Below, in pieces: positions 50,228 through 62,885 of a stretch of DNA of 64,000 nt; within the stretch, counting starts at the first letter, position 1, and the number at the start of each line of letters is the position of its first letter. A model generated the notes under the pieces. The model searched no databases, was not told the DNA's origin, and was given only the letters and a program-made list of their open reading frames with translations. A program made the position numbers and the translations under genes. This DNA comes from Antedon mediterranea (lineage: Eukaryota; Animalia; Echinodermata): contig NC_092670.1 in the NCBI RefSeq assembly GCF_964355755.1, positions 3,276,201 to 3,340,200 of the forward strand, written 5' to 3'.

Positions 50228-53200
50228 ATGGGAAGCCATCTGAGCGGTAAAGATACTAATACTAACTTAAGTGTAAATGATGATAATATGTACACATATA
50301 AACTAACTAATTCTTATGTTATTAACCACTCTTTTAATTTTGACTTATTGTTTGATGAATGTACTGATTGTTTCTCTTGTACTGACAATGCAAATATGGT
50401 GCAACCCAATAATCATGTTACCTCTGTAAATAATGAGAAACAATATTATGATGATAGATATGTAAATAATGAACACACTAGTTCACCCATAAAACGAAAA
50501 AGAGTTAGAAGAGGGAAAAATAAATCTTCAAAATTGAATTCAAACATCAAAATTGCCTTCCATAATATTAGAGGATATAAAAGTAAGAATAAGGAAATAA
50601 GTTATATAATCCAACAACAAAAATTTGATATCTTTGGAATGGTTGAAACTTTTCTAAATAATGATGAAGTCATAGATATTACAAATTACAATTGGATTGG
50701 AAAAAACAGACAAAAAGGTGCCAAAAAATCACAAGGGGGAATTGGATTGCTTATAAATAAAAATATTAAAATTTTGGAAAATGATCTTTTAAATTCACAA
50801 TCAGATGACTTAGAAAGGTGTTGGACAAAAGTACAATTTGGAAGTAACTCAGACTTTATATACCATGTTGCAGTGTGTTACTTCCCATGTGAAGGGTCTG
50901 ATAAATGCCTAACCGATGAATTGTATACAGCTCTGCTTTCGGAAATTTTTATAATTAAAGGTAATAATGAAGATGCCAAAATCATTATCCTTGGGGATTT
51001 TAATGGTAAAGTAGGTAACACGATTAAAGGGGGAGATCCTATTACTAATTATAATGGTCAAGGGTTGATTGACCTTTGTAATAATGGTGAATTAACTATG
51101 CTTAATGCCTCTGACAAATGTGCTGGTACTTTAACTTGGGTACAAAAGAACCAAGCCAGCATACTAGATTACGCCATTGTTTCACAAGAAACCTATGAAG
51201 TAACAAAAGAATTGTTTATTGATGAATTTGGACTGTATAATTATGGAAGTGATCATAACATGCTTGTAATCACACTAATAGAGAATAATATTTGTAAAAC
51301 CAGTAAGGTGACAAAAACTAACACAAAACATTGGAATATCCCTAAAGATTGGAGTAATTTTAGTAGTTCAATTAACTACGACTTTAAAGATTGGGACCCT
51401 AGTCGTTTAGATGCGAACGATGCTTGGGTAGAGTGGAAAAACAAAGTTACGCTAGTTGCAGAGAATACAATAGGCTATAAGAAAACGAGATCAAACAAAA
51501 AGATATGGTTTGATAAAGAAACAAAATATGCTATAAATCAACGTAGACAATCGTGTCGAGCACATAGATTATATTCAAAAAATAAACATAAAATTGATTT
51601 TGATATCAATTATTGTAATTCTCTATGGGAAACATACCAAGAGAAGCGGAAATTCTGTAAATCACTTTTTAAACGCAAAATTATGCAAAAGAAAATATCA
51701 AATTGCTCAAAAATTATGGATAAAGGAGGGCCTCAATCTAAGGAATTTTGGAATGAACTCAAAGGCAAACGACAGAAACAAAATGTTGATTCTATCCTAA
51801 TACCAGGAACTTCAAGATATTCTTCAGACCACGACGATATGAAAAATTCGCTAAAATTACACTTTGGCAATATTGCAAAATTTAATACAACTAACAGTAA
51901 CGATATTCTCCACTCTTCCCACGATAATAATAGTAACAGTAATGATATTCATTGTGATCATATTTTAGATAATATAAATATTTCATTTGATGATGTCGCT
52001 TATGCTATATCAAAGGCAAAAAATAACAAAAGTCCAGGTATTGACTCTATAACAAACGAAATGTTAAAAAACGGAGGTAATCTAATCACATTATCACTCC
52101 AAAAATTGTTTACCAGAATTATACAAACTGAAACTATACCGAATGAATGGAATGAAGGGATAATTATCCCAATATTTAAAAAAGGAGATCGACGTGATCT
52201 CAATAATTATCGAGGTATCACACTTAATTCATGTGTTTCAAAAATCTTTAATCGAATTATTGCATATAATATTTCTCAATTTTTAGAAGAAAATGGCATC
52301 CTTGGTGAAGTCCAAGGGGGCTTTCGGACAGACAGAAGATGTGAAGACCACATTTTTGTCTTGAAAAGCATTATCGCCACAAGGCGTGCTGAGGGTAAAA
52401 AAACATTTCTGGCCTTTTTGGACTTTAAAAAAGCCTTTGATTCAGTCTGGCGACAAGGGTTAATTACGGCTGCCAAAAGAATTGGTATCCGTGGTAAACT
52501 CCTTAACTTACTAAGAAATATATACGATGATGTTAAATGCAAAGTTTTGTTCAATGACATAGAATCTGATAAGTTTAGCATTAATGAAGGAGTGAAACAA
52601 GGCTGTTCATTGTCACCAGTTCTTTTTTCTATTTACATTAACGAACTAAATAATCTAATCAAAAGTCATAAACTAGGTGTTCAAATCTATGGCACACAAA
52701 TAGGTGCACTATTTTTTGCTGATGACGTGGTTTTAATCGGTGACAATGAGTCTGAACTTGTGAAACTACTTAAAGTAGCAAGTGATTATTCACAAGCATG
52801 GAAATTAGAGTTTAATTTTGACAAATCAAATGTGCTGGTCACAGGGCAAAGAGTAAATCCACATAGAACATGGAGCCTTGGTAATCATTATATCACAGAA
52901 ATAGAAAGGTATAAATATCTTGGTGTAATAATATCACGTTCATATACAGATTCTGACAATATCAATGAAGTAATCAAAAAGGGAAATAGGATAATAGCCT
53001 ATATTACCTCTATTATAAACAATCAGAATGATTTCAATAGGGTATACTATGGTGATCTTTTATGGAGAACGATAGGATTACCAACAATTAATTACGCCTC
53101 TGCAATATGGTTATGTAACTCTAAAGGTTCACTAAATAAGTTAGAAAATTTACAATACCAAATGGCTAGAATTATTTTGAAGGCACCAAGAAACGTCGCG

Positions 53201-53788
53201 AAAGCGGCATTGATTGGTGACCTAGGATGGGAGACACTCTACACCATCCAAAATAAATTTAGGATGTCCTATTTTAACAGAATTAAAAATATGGATGACC
53301 AAAGGTGGCAAAAACTACTATGTAGATCTATAATGGATGTAGAAGATAAGGTGAAATGGAAGTGGATTAACCATATCAAAGATTTATTATGTAAATTTGA
53401 TTTAGGAAATAAGTTTAATTTAAATCCGGAAAGTCAATGGTTCAAGAGTTTTACACATGCCAACTCTCTAGAAAATATCAAGGAATGGTTAGAAGGTGCA
53501 AAAACAAAGTCAACCCTCTCCGAATATTTGAAATATAAACATGAACCTAAAGCAGAGACATACATGTTTGATATGGTGAATTTTGATTCCATTAGTTTAA
53601 AGTTTAAAGCGAGGTCTAACTCTCTTGATTTAGAAGGTAGAAAAAATACATGGTCAGAAAATGAGACTGGTTTTTGCAAGCTATGCAACAATCAGTTAAT
53701 TGAAACTACAGACCATTTTCTACTTGAATGTTCAAACCTTAAAAATGTAAGAGAAACACATTTTAACTTACTAAAAATGGATTTATGA
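50228..53788 (+). CDS. LINE ORF2: APE endonuclease, reverse transcriptase, C-terminal zinc motif
   Basis: HNIRG, ETFL, LGDFN, LDY, SDH (APE); KSPGIDSI, NYRGITL, LDFKKAFDSV, GVKQGCSLSP, FADD, YKYLG (RT); CKLC..HFLLEC. Probable frameshift near the end, with the tail continuing in another frame to 53960. Confidence 0.92.
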   Translation: MGSHLSGKDTNTNLSVNDDNMYTYKLTNSYVINHSFNFDLLFDECTDCFSCTDNANMVQPNNHVTSVNNEKQYYDDRYVNNEHTSSPIKRKRVRRGKNKSSKLNSNIKIAFHNIRGYKSKNKEISYIIQQQKFDIFGMVETFLNNDEVIDITNYNWIGKNRQKGAKKSQGGIGLLINKNIKILENDLLNSQSDDLERCWTKVQFGSNSDFIYHVAVCYFPCEGSDKCLTDELYTALLSEIFIIKGNNEDAKIIILGDFNGKVGNTIKGGDPITNYNGQGLIDLCNNGELTMLNASDKCAGTLTWVQKNQASILDYAIVSQETYEVTKELFIDEFGLYNYGSDHNMLVITLIENNICKTSKVTKTNTKHWNIPKDWSNFSSSINYDFKDWDPSRLDANDAWVEWKNKVTLVAENTIGYKKTRSNKKIWFDKETKYAINQRRQSCRAHRLYSKNKHKIDFDINYCNSLWETYQEKRKFCKSLFKRKIMQKKISNCSKIMDKGGPQSKEFWNELKGKRQKQNVDSILIPGTSRYSSDHDDMKNSLKLHFGNIAKFNTTNSNDILHSSHDNNSNSNDIHCDHILDNINISFDDVAYAISKAKNNKSPGIDSITNEMLKNGGNLITLSLQKLFTRIIQTETIPNEWNEGIIIPIFKKGDRRDLNNYRGITLNSCVSKIFNRIIAYNISQFLEENGILGEVQGGFRTDRRCEDHIFVLKSIIATRRAEGKKTFLAFLDFKKAFDSVWRQGLITAAKRIGIRGKLLNLLRNIYDDVKCKVLFNDIESDKFSINEGVKQGCSLSPVLFSIYINELNNLIKSHKLGVQIYGTQIGALFFADDVVLIGDNESELVKLLKVASDYSQAWKLEFNFDKSNVLVTGQRVNPHRTWSLGNHYITEIERYKYLGVIISRSYTDSDNINEVIKKGNRIIAYITSIINNQNDFNRVYYGDLLWRTIGLPTINYASAIWLCNSKGSLNKLENLQYQMARIILKAPRNVAKAALIGDLGWETLYTIQNKFRMSYFNRIKNMDDQRWQKLLCRSIMDVEDKVKWKWINHIKDLLCKFDLGNKFNLNPESQWFKSFTHANSLENIKEWLEGAKTKSTLSEYLKYKHEPKAETYMFDMVNFDSISLKFKARSNSLDLEGRKNTWSENETGFCKLCNNQLIETTDHFLLECSNLKNVRETHFNLLKMDL

Positions 53789-54034
53789 TACATTCTGGGA
53801 GAATTTTAGAAGTGGTACAATCGAATACCAACATCATATTTTACTTGATGACCTTTATTTAGAATTTCCATTTGAGAGAATCGGTGAAATTGTAGACTAT
53901 CACTGTAAACAATACTTAACTGCTGCATGGAGACATAGAAAGACTACACTTAATATATAATATATAAATATTTACCGCCCACCATATTATCTACCATTTA
54001 TCTAATTCAATAATATATTATATTTTTATATATA

Positions 54035-54075
<41 letters not shown>

Positions 54076-56996
54076 CTTCAAAATTATATAATGTAACCTA
54101 AATCTAAATAAAATAAATAAATAATACAGTACTAAAAATAAGACTAAATAATATAATAAAAATTGTATCACATTTAATTAAATTACAAATAACTATTAAT
54201 ATTAAATATAATAAGAACAAATAATCATATAAAAGTTGCATTTATTTTAATAATAACAGTATAATAAATCAATTAGCAATTATATATATATATATATATA
54301 TATATATTTTTAGTAGTAATAATGATAATATATTCGCTTAAAACTTGAAAATATTAATAATACTGATAATAAATAGATAATAACATTAACTCCATCATAT
54401 AGGTTAAGTATTGTTCGATATGTAAGATTACCTTGTTTTTACTAATTTCATTTTACTTGTATAATTCGCTTCTTAGTTAAGACTTAAATGTTATTTTTTG
54501 ATACTTTTCTTTTTGTTTTTACATTGCCTTGTAAATGAACGCACCGTCTTATAAACGTGTGCCGCTGATACAAAAGCGTTCGTTCAATAAATTTATCTTA
54601 TCTTATCTACCGGTTATATTTCCGGCACGATAGTCCGATGAGAATGGTTATATGCCGGTAACGATACCGGCACGACGCCAGCACTGTACCGGTATATTGC
54701 AGGCACATCTGTGAGAAAGGGGCTTTAGATAGATACTGATTCTTATTAATATCATTATAATTATTTTAACGCGTGACGTAGTCGTATTTTAATTATTAAT
54801 TCATGTATGGCATAGGCCAAGTTTCATCCATCTCTCGCTCGCGCAACGACTCGACTATCTAGGCTACAGTAAATCCCTATAACACTCCGACTCTCGGTGG
54901 TGTGGTGTGTGGCACTATTAGTGCAAGCTATAATTCACTTCCCATAGCTCTGGGCATGCGCAATATCGTGTCGGATTCCCTAACGGTGGGCAGTTGAGTT
55001 CCGGTGCCGGAATCCTAACCACGGCGTTAAATATATTGTTGCATGCTATTCTTATGATAGTGATTTGAATAAAAACGAAATTGGACTTCCTTTTGTAGGC
55101 CTACTTTTTATCAAATAGTGGAACTATTTACATCACGTCATCAAAAACAGTGTAACATAAAATAATTCAGTCATTTTAACATTTTAGTAACTAACCTTTG
55201 TGGTATTACGGAGAAAATTAGTACCTGTTTCCTCCTAATGGAAGGGTCAGTCGTATACATTAAGGCGATATAAGCTGTGGCTGCAGACAATGCATTTTGA
55301 TTTTATTCAATTTTATAATGCCTAAAATCACTCAACCATGACCTTAGTTATAATTACAATGCAACTGCTGTTTATACAATTTCTATTGGATCCTGCAAAT
55401 ATGAAACGCCAGAGAAGTATTGATTTATAAGAAATTTACTGCTGAACAAATAAATTCCAATTTTATCAAAAGACAGCAGTTTGTTTTTACATTTTTCCTT
55501 AGTTTATACTATATTATCAACCTATCATGTCTAAATTGGAAAGAACAAGTTATGGTATCCCTGAATGACGTTCTTTCCAATGCAAACTTTGTACAACAAT
55601 GATCAAACAACTGAGTTGATGGTTACAAGCATTTGATATTAATTGTATTGTTAATAATAGAACCATCCAAGCAATGTTATATCATGGACCTGTGTTGTTA
55701 ATGAACAAATAACAAGTATGAAACGCCAAAGAATTAAAAAGAATTGATTACATGAACACATGAACACTGTTTAAACATGGACCTATACATTATAGGTCCA
55801 TGTTTAACTGTGTACTAAAAATCAAAGTATATTTTTTATGAGGAGTAAATGTAATATTCCCAAAAAGTTTGCTATCAGTATGTTTTATGCTATCATTCTA
55901 AATTAAGAGTTACAGATGGTATCAAGGTACTACCAATGCTTATATGAATGATGCGTTCTATCTATTGATATTAATTGTATTGTTAATAATAGAACGATTC
56001 TAGCAATGTTATATGAACAAATAACAAGTATGAAATTAAAAAGAATTTATTTAACTGTGTACTAAAAATCAAGCATGTTTTTTATGAGGAGTAAAAATAA
56101 AATGTTTCCCAAAAGCTTGCTCATTTGTTCATTTATTGTTAGTTCTTGATAAACCTTGGTATGATAGTAGTTTATTAATAGTATGCTTTATTAATCAGGC
56201 TGCTCTCGTTTAACAAAGTTATATCAATTTTTCTACCAATCCATATAATCCAAAATTTTCCCAAACTAGCTGAATTGTTAAAAGCTGAATGATAATTTTA
56301 ATTATAGGCTATTTATAGGCTATACAGTTTGAAATCCAACCCAGAATTGTTGTTTTGAAAATAGCACTAATTGTTTTTTTATTTATTCTTCCTCACATCT
56401 CAAATCAATGTGCAATAAAAATGTACTGATTTTGTTAAGTGATACTTAATTAGGTTTGACTAATCAATCAGAGATTTTTTTAAAAACAATGGCCATTTTT
56501 TCAATTTGTGCATTTTTTGGTATTGAGGTGTTTTTTTTACAAATTTTCTTTCGTTTTTTAAAACTCCATACGGCTTATTTGTGTAAAATGTAAAACAGGT
56601 GCCTTTGTTTGTGAAATGTACGTCAATGACTAGTTTTCCTAATTATTTCCTTTTGTTGTACCATATATTTGTGTAATACTGTTTAGAATTGGTATTGTGG
56701 TACAGGAGACATGCATAGTTGGTGATATTGTTTTCTTTCAACTATTAACAAAAGTGTGTAAAATTGTACTATGCCAAAGAACTGTACTGTAGAACTATCC
56801 TAAAAATAATGTTTCTATGTGGAATTAAAACTCAGTTTTATATCAATCAGAGAGATCTGTTTTAATAAAGTTAAATTTGTATAATTATTTTGAATAGAAA
56901 CCTTTTTATTTTCAGTAATTTTATTCTCTATTTTATCATTGATAAAAAAAAAACAATTGAGTTTTGGTACTGTAGAATTGAAAGTAGAATGTAATA

Positions 56997-58315
56997 GATA
57001 ACCCATTTGTATGTGAGATGCAATAGTGAGATTATAGATTGACATGATAACCCATTTGTATGTGAGATGCAATAGTGAGATTAGAGATTGACATGATAAC
57101 CCATTTGTATGTGAGATGCAGAGTGACATTATAGATTGACATGATAACCCATTTGTATGTGAGATGCAATAGTGACATTATAGATTGACATGATAACCCA
57201 TTTGTATGTGAGATGCAATAGTGACATTATAGATTGACATGATAACCCATTTGTATGTGAGATGCAATAGTGACATTATAGATTGACATGATAACCCATT
57301 TGTATGTGAGATGCAATAGTGACATTATAGATTGACATGATAACCCATTTGTATGTGAGATGCAATAGTGACATTATAGATTGACATGATAACCCATTTA
57401 TATGTGAGATGCAATAGTGACATTATAGATTGACATGATAACCCATTTGTATGTGAGATGCAATAGTGACATTATAGATTGACATGATAACCCATTTGTA
57501 TGTGAGATGCAATAGTGACATTATAGATTGACATGATAACCCATTTGTATGTGAGATGCAATAGTGACATTATAGATTGACATGATAACCCATTTGTATG
57601 TGAGATGCAATAGTGACATTATAGATTGACATGATAACCCATTTGTATGTGAGATGCAATAGTGACATTATAGATTGACATGATAACCCATTTGTATGTG
57701 AGATGCAATAGTGACATTATAGATTGACATGGTAACCCATTTGTATGTGAGATGCAATAGTGACATTATAGATTGACATGATAACCCATTTGTATGTGAG
57801 ATGCAATAGTGACATTATAGATTGACATGATAACCCATTTGTATGTGAGATGCAATAGTGACATTATAGATTGACATGATAACCCATTTGTATGTGAGAT
57901 GCAATAGTGACATTATAGATTGACATGATAACCCATTTGTATGTGAGATGCAATAGTGACATTATAGATTGACATGATAACCCATTTGTATGTGAGATGC
58001 AATAGTGACATTATAGATTGACATGATAACCCATTTGTATGTGAGATGCAATAGTGAGATTAGAGATTGACATGATAACCCATTTGTATGTGAGATGCAA
58101 TAGTGACATTATAGATTGACATGATAACCCATTTGTATGTGAGATGCAATAGTGACATTATAGATTGACATGATAACCCATTTGTATGTGAGATGCAATA
58201 GTGACATTATAGATTGACATGATAACCCATTTGTATGTGAGATGCAATAGTGACATTATAGATTGACATGATAACCCATTTGTATGTGAGATGCAATAGT
58301 GACATTAGAGATTTA
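56997..58315. repeat. 49-bp minisatellite, about 27 near-identical copies
   Basis: Unit gataacccatttgtatgtgagatgcaatagtgacattatagattgacat, head to tail with no spacers. Confidence 0.97.
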
Positions 58316-59729
58316 TATGGTATCCTACAATTCAAGGAGTTTAATATATACAATAGGCCTAATTTAATTTCTTAATTTAATTACTTAGTTATTAACTATT
58401 TTTAATGATATAATGTTTATTGTTCAAATCATTGTTCAAATCATTGTTTAAATCAATTTTAGTGGTTTTTATGTTTACTTTATGGTTTGTAATATTATGT
58501 TTCTTTATAAGAGATGTATGCGACGTTATTCTACAGAGAGGAAATAAAGGAAGGAAGTAATTGAGCATAATAAACCATACCTAGCTGATTAAGGAAATAC
58601 CCAGCTTCCTCTACCTATTTTTTTTAAGAGTGAAAAAAGAAAAGAATGAAAAAGAAAGATTTTGGGGGTGGTGTTTGATAGAGGGCGAGTCGGGGTTCTC
58701 GAGCCCACTAATAGAAAAAAAAAACTTTAGTAATACACAAGGGTAAAGTATAGTGGGAGGAATTGAGGTCAGCCTTACAAAATTAAAAATGATTATTGTA
58801 ATGAAAATTCTTTTCGGCATATCAATCTGTGTTCAGTCAGCCGGCTCCAACCATGATTGGGACTGAGGTGGATGGAGATGTAGGTTTTAAAAAAAACATT
58901 GTACACAAAACGTTCTAGTGTTAGAGTACCATTTCCAGGCATCTAGATATTCCTTTAAATTTACACACTTTTTAGCACTGATAGACCAGGGTGTGAAAGT
59001 GCTGCCTTTTTTTTTGGATGTTAATTAGGTCAATGTGTCTGTATAACATCCAAATTGTCAGTATGCGTACAGCGAAGCTTCTGTGTGCACAATTATCATA
59101 GTACGTGCAATGGTAAAGAGTGTACAGGTGACAGTTTGTCTTTAGTGTCAGGGGAAAAATGTATCAATGATTATTAGATTTATTGCAACAAATGCTATAC
59201 AGTAGAATACACCTTCAAATCTTTTTATTATACACCTATACTGCCATCAAGTCTTTTATAACGTTATTTTCAACAGCGCCACCAATGATTTGAAATGTAT
59301 AGTAACTTTGATAATATGATGTATGTTCTAGTTGTGTTCTCTTTCAATGTTTGTTTATCTGTTATGTATTTTACACCCATTTTACATCTTTCTATGCATT
59401 GATAAATAAATGTCATTAAATCGTTATAGAACGATCGTTTGTATCACGCATGCATAGAAATGATGAAATATGTGTATAATTAGAAACACTGTTAAGTTAG
59501 TTGTTGCAGCAAGTTACACGGAGGCAAAAGGGGGTCACTATAAGGGTGATAGACAGCCATTTAACGAATAGCAAGTTTAGCTATAAAATGCAGTAAATAT
59601 ATATGAATAAGGGAAGCTAAATATCCTGCCAAAGAAGTGAGTTTAATTATAGTTATTAGAGATTTAAGTGTGATTTTATTCTGAGTATACTGTGATCAAC
59701 GCTCTGTTAGTGCGTTGGCGTGTAGACAT

Positions 59730-59870
59730 AATAATAATAATAAATGAAAACTTATATAGCGCCGGTATCCTCCACCCATGTGGCGCTCATGGCGCTTTGT
59801 GCATTAACAACGTGCGAGAACATCAGCGAATAGCGACGTCTTTAGGTTGGTCTTGAAACTGTTTATGCGG
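59730..59870 (-). mobile_element. 3' end of an L2/CR1-group LINE
   Basis: Minus strand encodes FKTNLKTSLF, then a gcgc..gcgctatataa stem-loop and a (tta)n tail. Confidence 0.6.
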
Positions 59871-61969
59871 TATTGCGTCGTGTATGTATATGTAGGTCAA
59901 TTGTTTGATCGACGCTGAGGGCGTTAATAGTTTGTTCGCACGATTATTCGCCAGTATTGAGGTCGTATGTTAAGTTTGTTATTATTGTTGTCATCACAGA
60001 TCTTAGAAAATTATTTGTTGTTATGAATACATTTGGATGCGTTATTTCTGTTTATTTACAGATTGAATAAATACACAAGCTTATGAAAGCTTTTTTATAC
60101 AATTAGCAGGAGTTGTTGTTTTCTTCTGTACTGAGTTTCCCCGACGCACCAGTCATAAATCGCATAATAGACCTAAAAGTTGATAGCAAACCAAGAATTC
60201 AAGCACATCTGTTAAATTATGATGAAATATATTAGATATAAAAGAAGAATTAATGACAATTAAAAAAATAAACACTGTAAATATACGTGATTTTGTGTAA
60301 CTTTTCATATGATAGCAAGTGGTCTCAATATTTAAATAATATATCTTGTAAATAAATTATACAATCGATATAATATATATATAATCGTTTTCTCATCTCA
60401 TCTTCAAAGAAATGTTTTTAAAACCGCTTCGAAATAAAGCACAATAAGTATCAAAATTGTATTTTGGTTGTTGCAAAATTCAATACAAATTTTTTTTTGG
60501 GTGGCCGCTTAGTGGAGGTAATTTAAAATACCTTACAAAAAATCTAATTTTTAGTAAAAATAAGTGGCCGTGGCCGTGGCAGTTTTTATTTTGTTCAAGT
60601 TCAACTGTATTTAATTAATATTTAATAATTAATTTTTTATAAGTGTAAAACTATCAATTAATTTCTTGCATACAATTTACTGTATTTTTTAGTTATATAA
60701 ACCGTGATAAAACATACGCAAAATGTATTCATTTTTTCACTTTTATTTACAAAAATATAACTTTGTTATCCTTATTTATTTATAGCCAATCAAATTTACA
60801 AATATACAAAAAAAAAACATTAAATTAACAAAAAGTAAATACAAAAATAAGACTTGAGATAGGAAAGTAACCTGGGTTACATAATAAACAAAATCAAATA
60901 TGTAAAATACAAATATATATATATTTTAACATGTAGAGCAGTTGAGTGTACTTTGGTTCCATAAACTATGACCCAAGATAAACATATACTGACAAGATGG
61001 TAAATCTTGATGCATAAATCTACAATATAAATAGGAAGGCAACCAATATATATTTGTTTTTATATTATGAATAAAACATTTAAACACACCTACTGTTCTA
61101 AAGTAAACTTTTATTCAATTTATTCGTCACTTCCACCTTGAATCAAATGTCAAAATAAGGCTCCAGTTTAAGAATGTGGTGCTCGGATTTTTACAGCTAA
61201 GCACAACAAATGGCGCACTCTACTGGTTGGTTTTCAATTACAAAAAATGCTGAATGTGCATTAGTAGTCATGTGACGTCATTTATATAATAGTATTTACT
61301 ATTTAAACAATAATCTAAAATTTATTTAATCATGTGAAACTTTCAACCAATCAGTAGAGTGTAAATGTTTGATTCATAATGTAATCTCTAATACGCAATT
61401 TGCCTTATAACTTTATACCAATGGTTCAGCAATGTTCTCTAACAAATTACTCCTATACAAATGGTTGAACCAATTCTCCAAAATACCACCCCCCACCCCC
61501 CCTCCAATGGTGGGGAATTATATTTCAACTGGCTATCGTTATAAAAAAAAAACAGAGCCAACTTCCCTTATAAACAACTTTATACAAATAAGTGGACAGA
61601 TCCCGCCATAAGATAATTCAATACTGAAGTTGACAGCATATTCACAAAACCACCAAAATTATTCTATTCAAATGGTTGAGCAGATTTAGCTTCTATTATG
61701 GAATGGTTTATCAAAATCCTATAAAATCCTCCGAGTGTTATGCCTACTATTATTATTATTGTATATCAAGAAGGTCTAACATAAATTACTTATGTCTTGC
61801 AGAAGGATTAGAACATAACGTAAGATCTAACTTGGGTCACTGAGGTGGGACCCCTACATTTAACACATTCAGACTGGTGGTGGTACTATAGCATCCTACG
61901 GACCCTAACACACATGCCTAACAAAGTAAAGTCCTATTTCTATCCTAGTGTAACACTAGGATAACGTAT

Positions 61970-62885
61970 CTCAACGTATCGGTTTCTATTCTTGTCAGTC
62001 TTTTTCTAGCCTAGAATAATGGCTTGAAACGTATCTCTTATTTTCTATTTTAGGGAACACCCTAAAATATCGATTTTCAATGAATCCTTGATAGCAAAGC
62101 CTGTACTAATTCATGTATTTCACTAGCGTGATAACAGAGTACGACACTTAGCTTCGTTATCTTTGTTTTTTAGTAGTTCCATTGATGAATTCTAGGAACG
62201 TATCGGTTTCTATCCTAGTCAGTCTTTTTCTAGCCTAGAATAACGGCTTGAAACGTATCTCTTAATTTCTATTTTAGGGAACACCATAAAATATCGATTT
62301 TCAACGAATCCTTGATAGCAAAGCCTGTACTAATTCATGTATTTCACTAGCGTGATAACAGAGTACGACACTTAATAGCTTTATTATCTTTGTTTCTTAG
62401 TAGTTCAACTGGGGAATTCTAAGAACGTATCGGTTTCTATTCTAGTTAGTCTTTTTCTAGCCTAGAATAACGGCTTGAAACGTATCTCTTAATTTCTATT
62501 TTAGGGAACACCCTAGAATAGCGGCTTGAAACGTATCACTTAATTTCTATTTTAGAGAACACCCTAAAATATCGATTTTCAACGAATCCTTGATGGCAAA
62601 GCCTGTACTAATTCATGTATTTCACTAGCCTGATAACAGAGTACGACACTTAGCTTCGTTATCTTTGTTTTTTAGTAGTTCCATTGATGAATTCTAGGAA
62701 CGTATCGGTTTCTATCCTAGTCAGTCTTTTTCTAGCCTAGAATAACGGCTTGAAACGTATCTCTTAATTTCTATTTTAGGGAACACCATAAAATATCGAT
62801 TTTCAACGAATCACTGATAGCAAAGCCTGTACTAATTCATGTATTTCACTAGCGTGATAACAGAGTACGACACTTAGCTTCATTA
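61970..62885. repeat. Tandem repeat, unit about 225 bp, about 4 copies
   Basis: aacgtatcggtttctat recurs near 61973, 62197, 62424 and 62699; the third unit has an internal duplication of about 50 bp. Confidence 0.9.

Larger units (their letters stand above)
48653..54607 (+). mobile_element. Near full-length non-LTR retrotransposon (RTEX-like or CR1-group; clade unresolved)
   Basis: 5' UTR, ORF1, ORF2, AT-rich 3' UTR, AATAAA and (atctt)n tail. Short duplication taccg at both junctions. Confidence 0.9.
47939..54724. mobile_element. Non-autonomous PIF/Harbinger-like element, copy 2, interrupted by the LINE
   Basis: Same TIR as 1896/8287; 3-bp TSD tta. Confidence 0.85.
47477..55026. mobile_element. 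Mutator-like MITE hosting Harbinger copy 2 and the LINE
   Basis: TIR of about 80 bp, cgccgtggttaggattccggcaccggaac...; 9-bp TSD ttaaatata at 47468-47476 and 55027-55035. Confidence 0.82.

Noticed and set aside
50048-53691. Short ORFs overlapping LINE and BEL pol, mostly antisense
   Set aside because: Shadow ORFs of long coding frames with no independent motifs.
56997-58315. Possible CRISPR array
   Set aside because: Units are contiguous and identical with no unique spacers; eukaryotic context and no cas genes.
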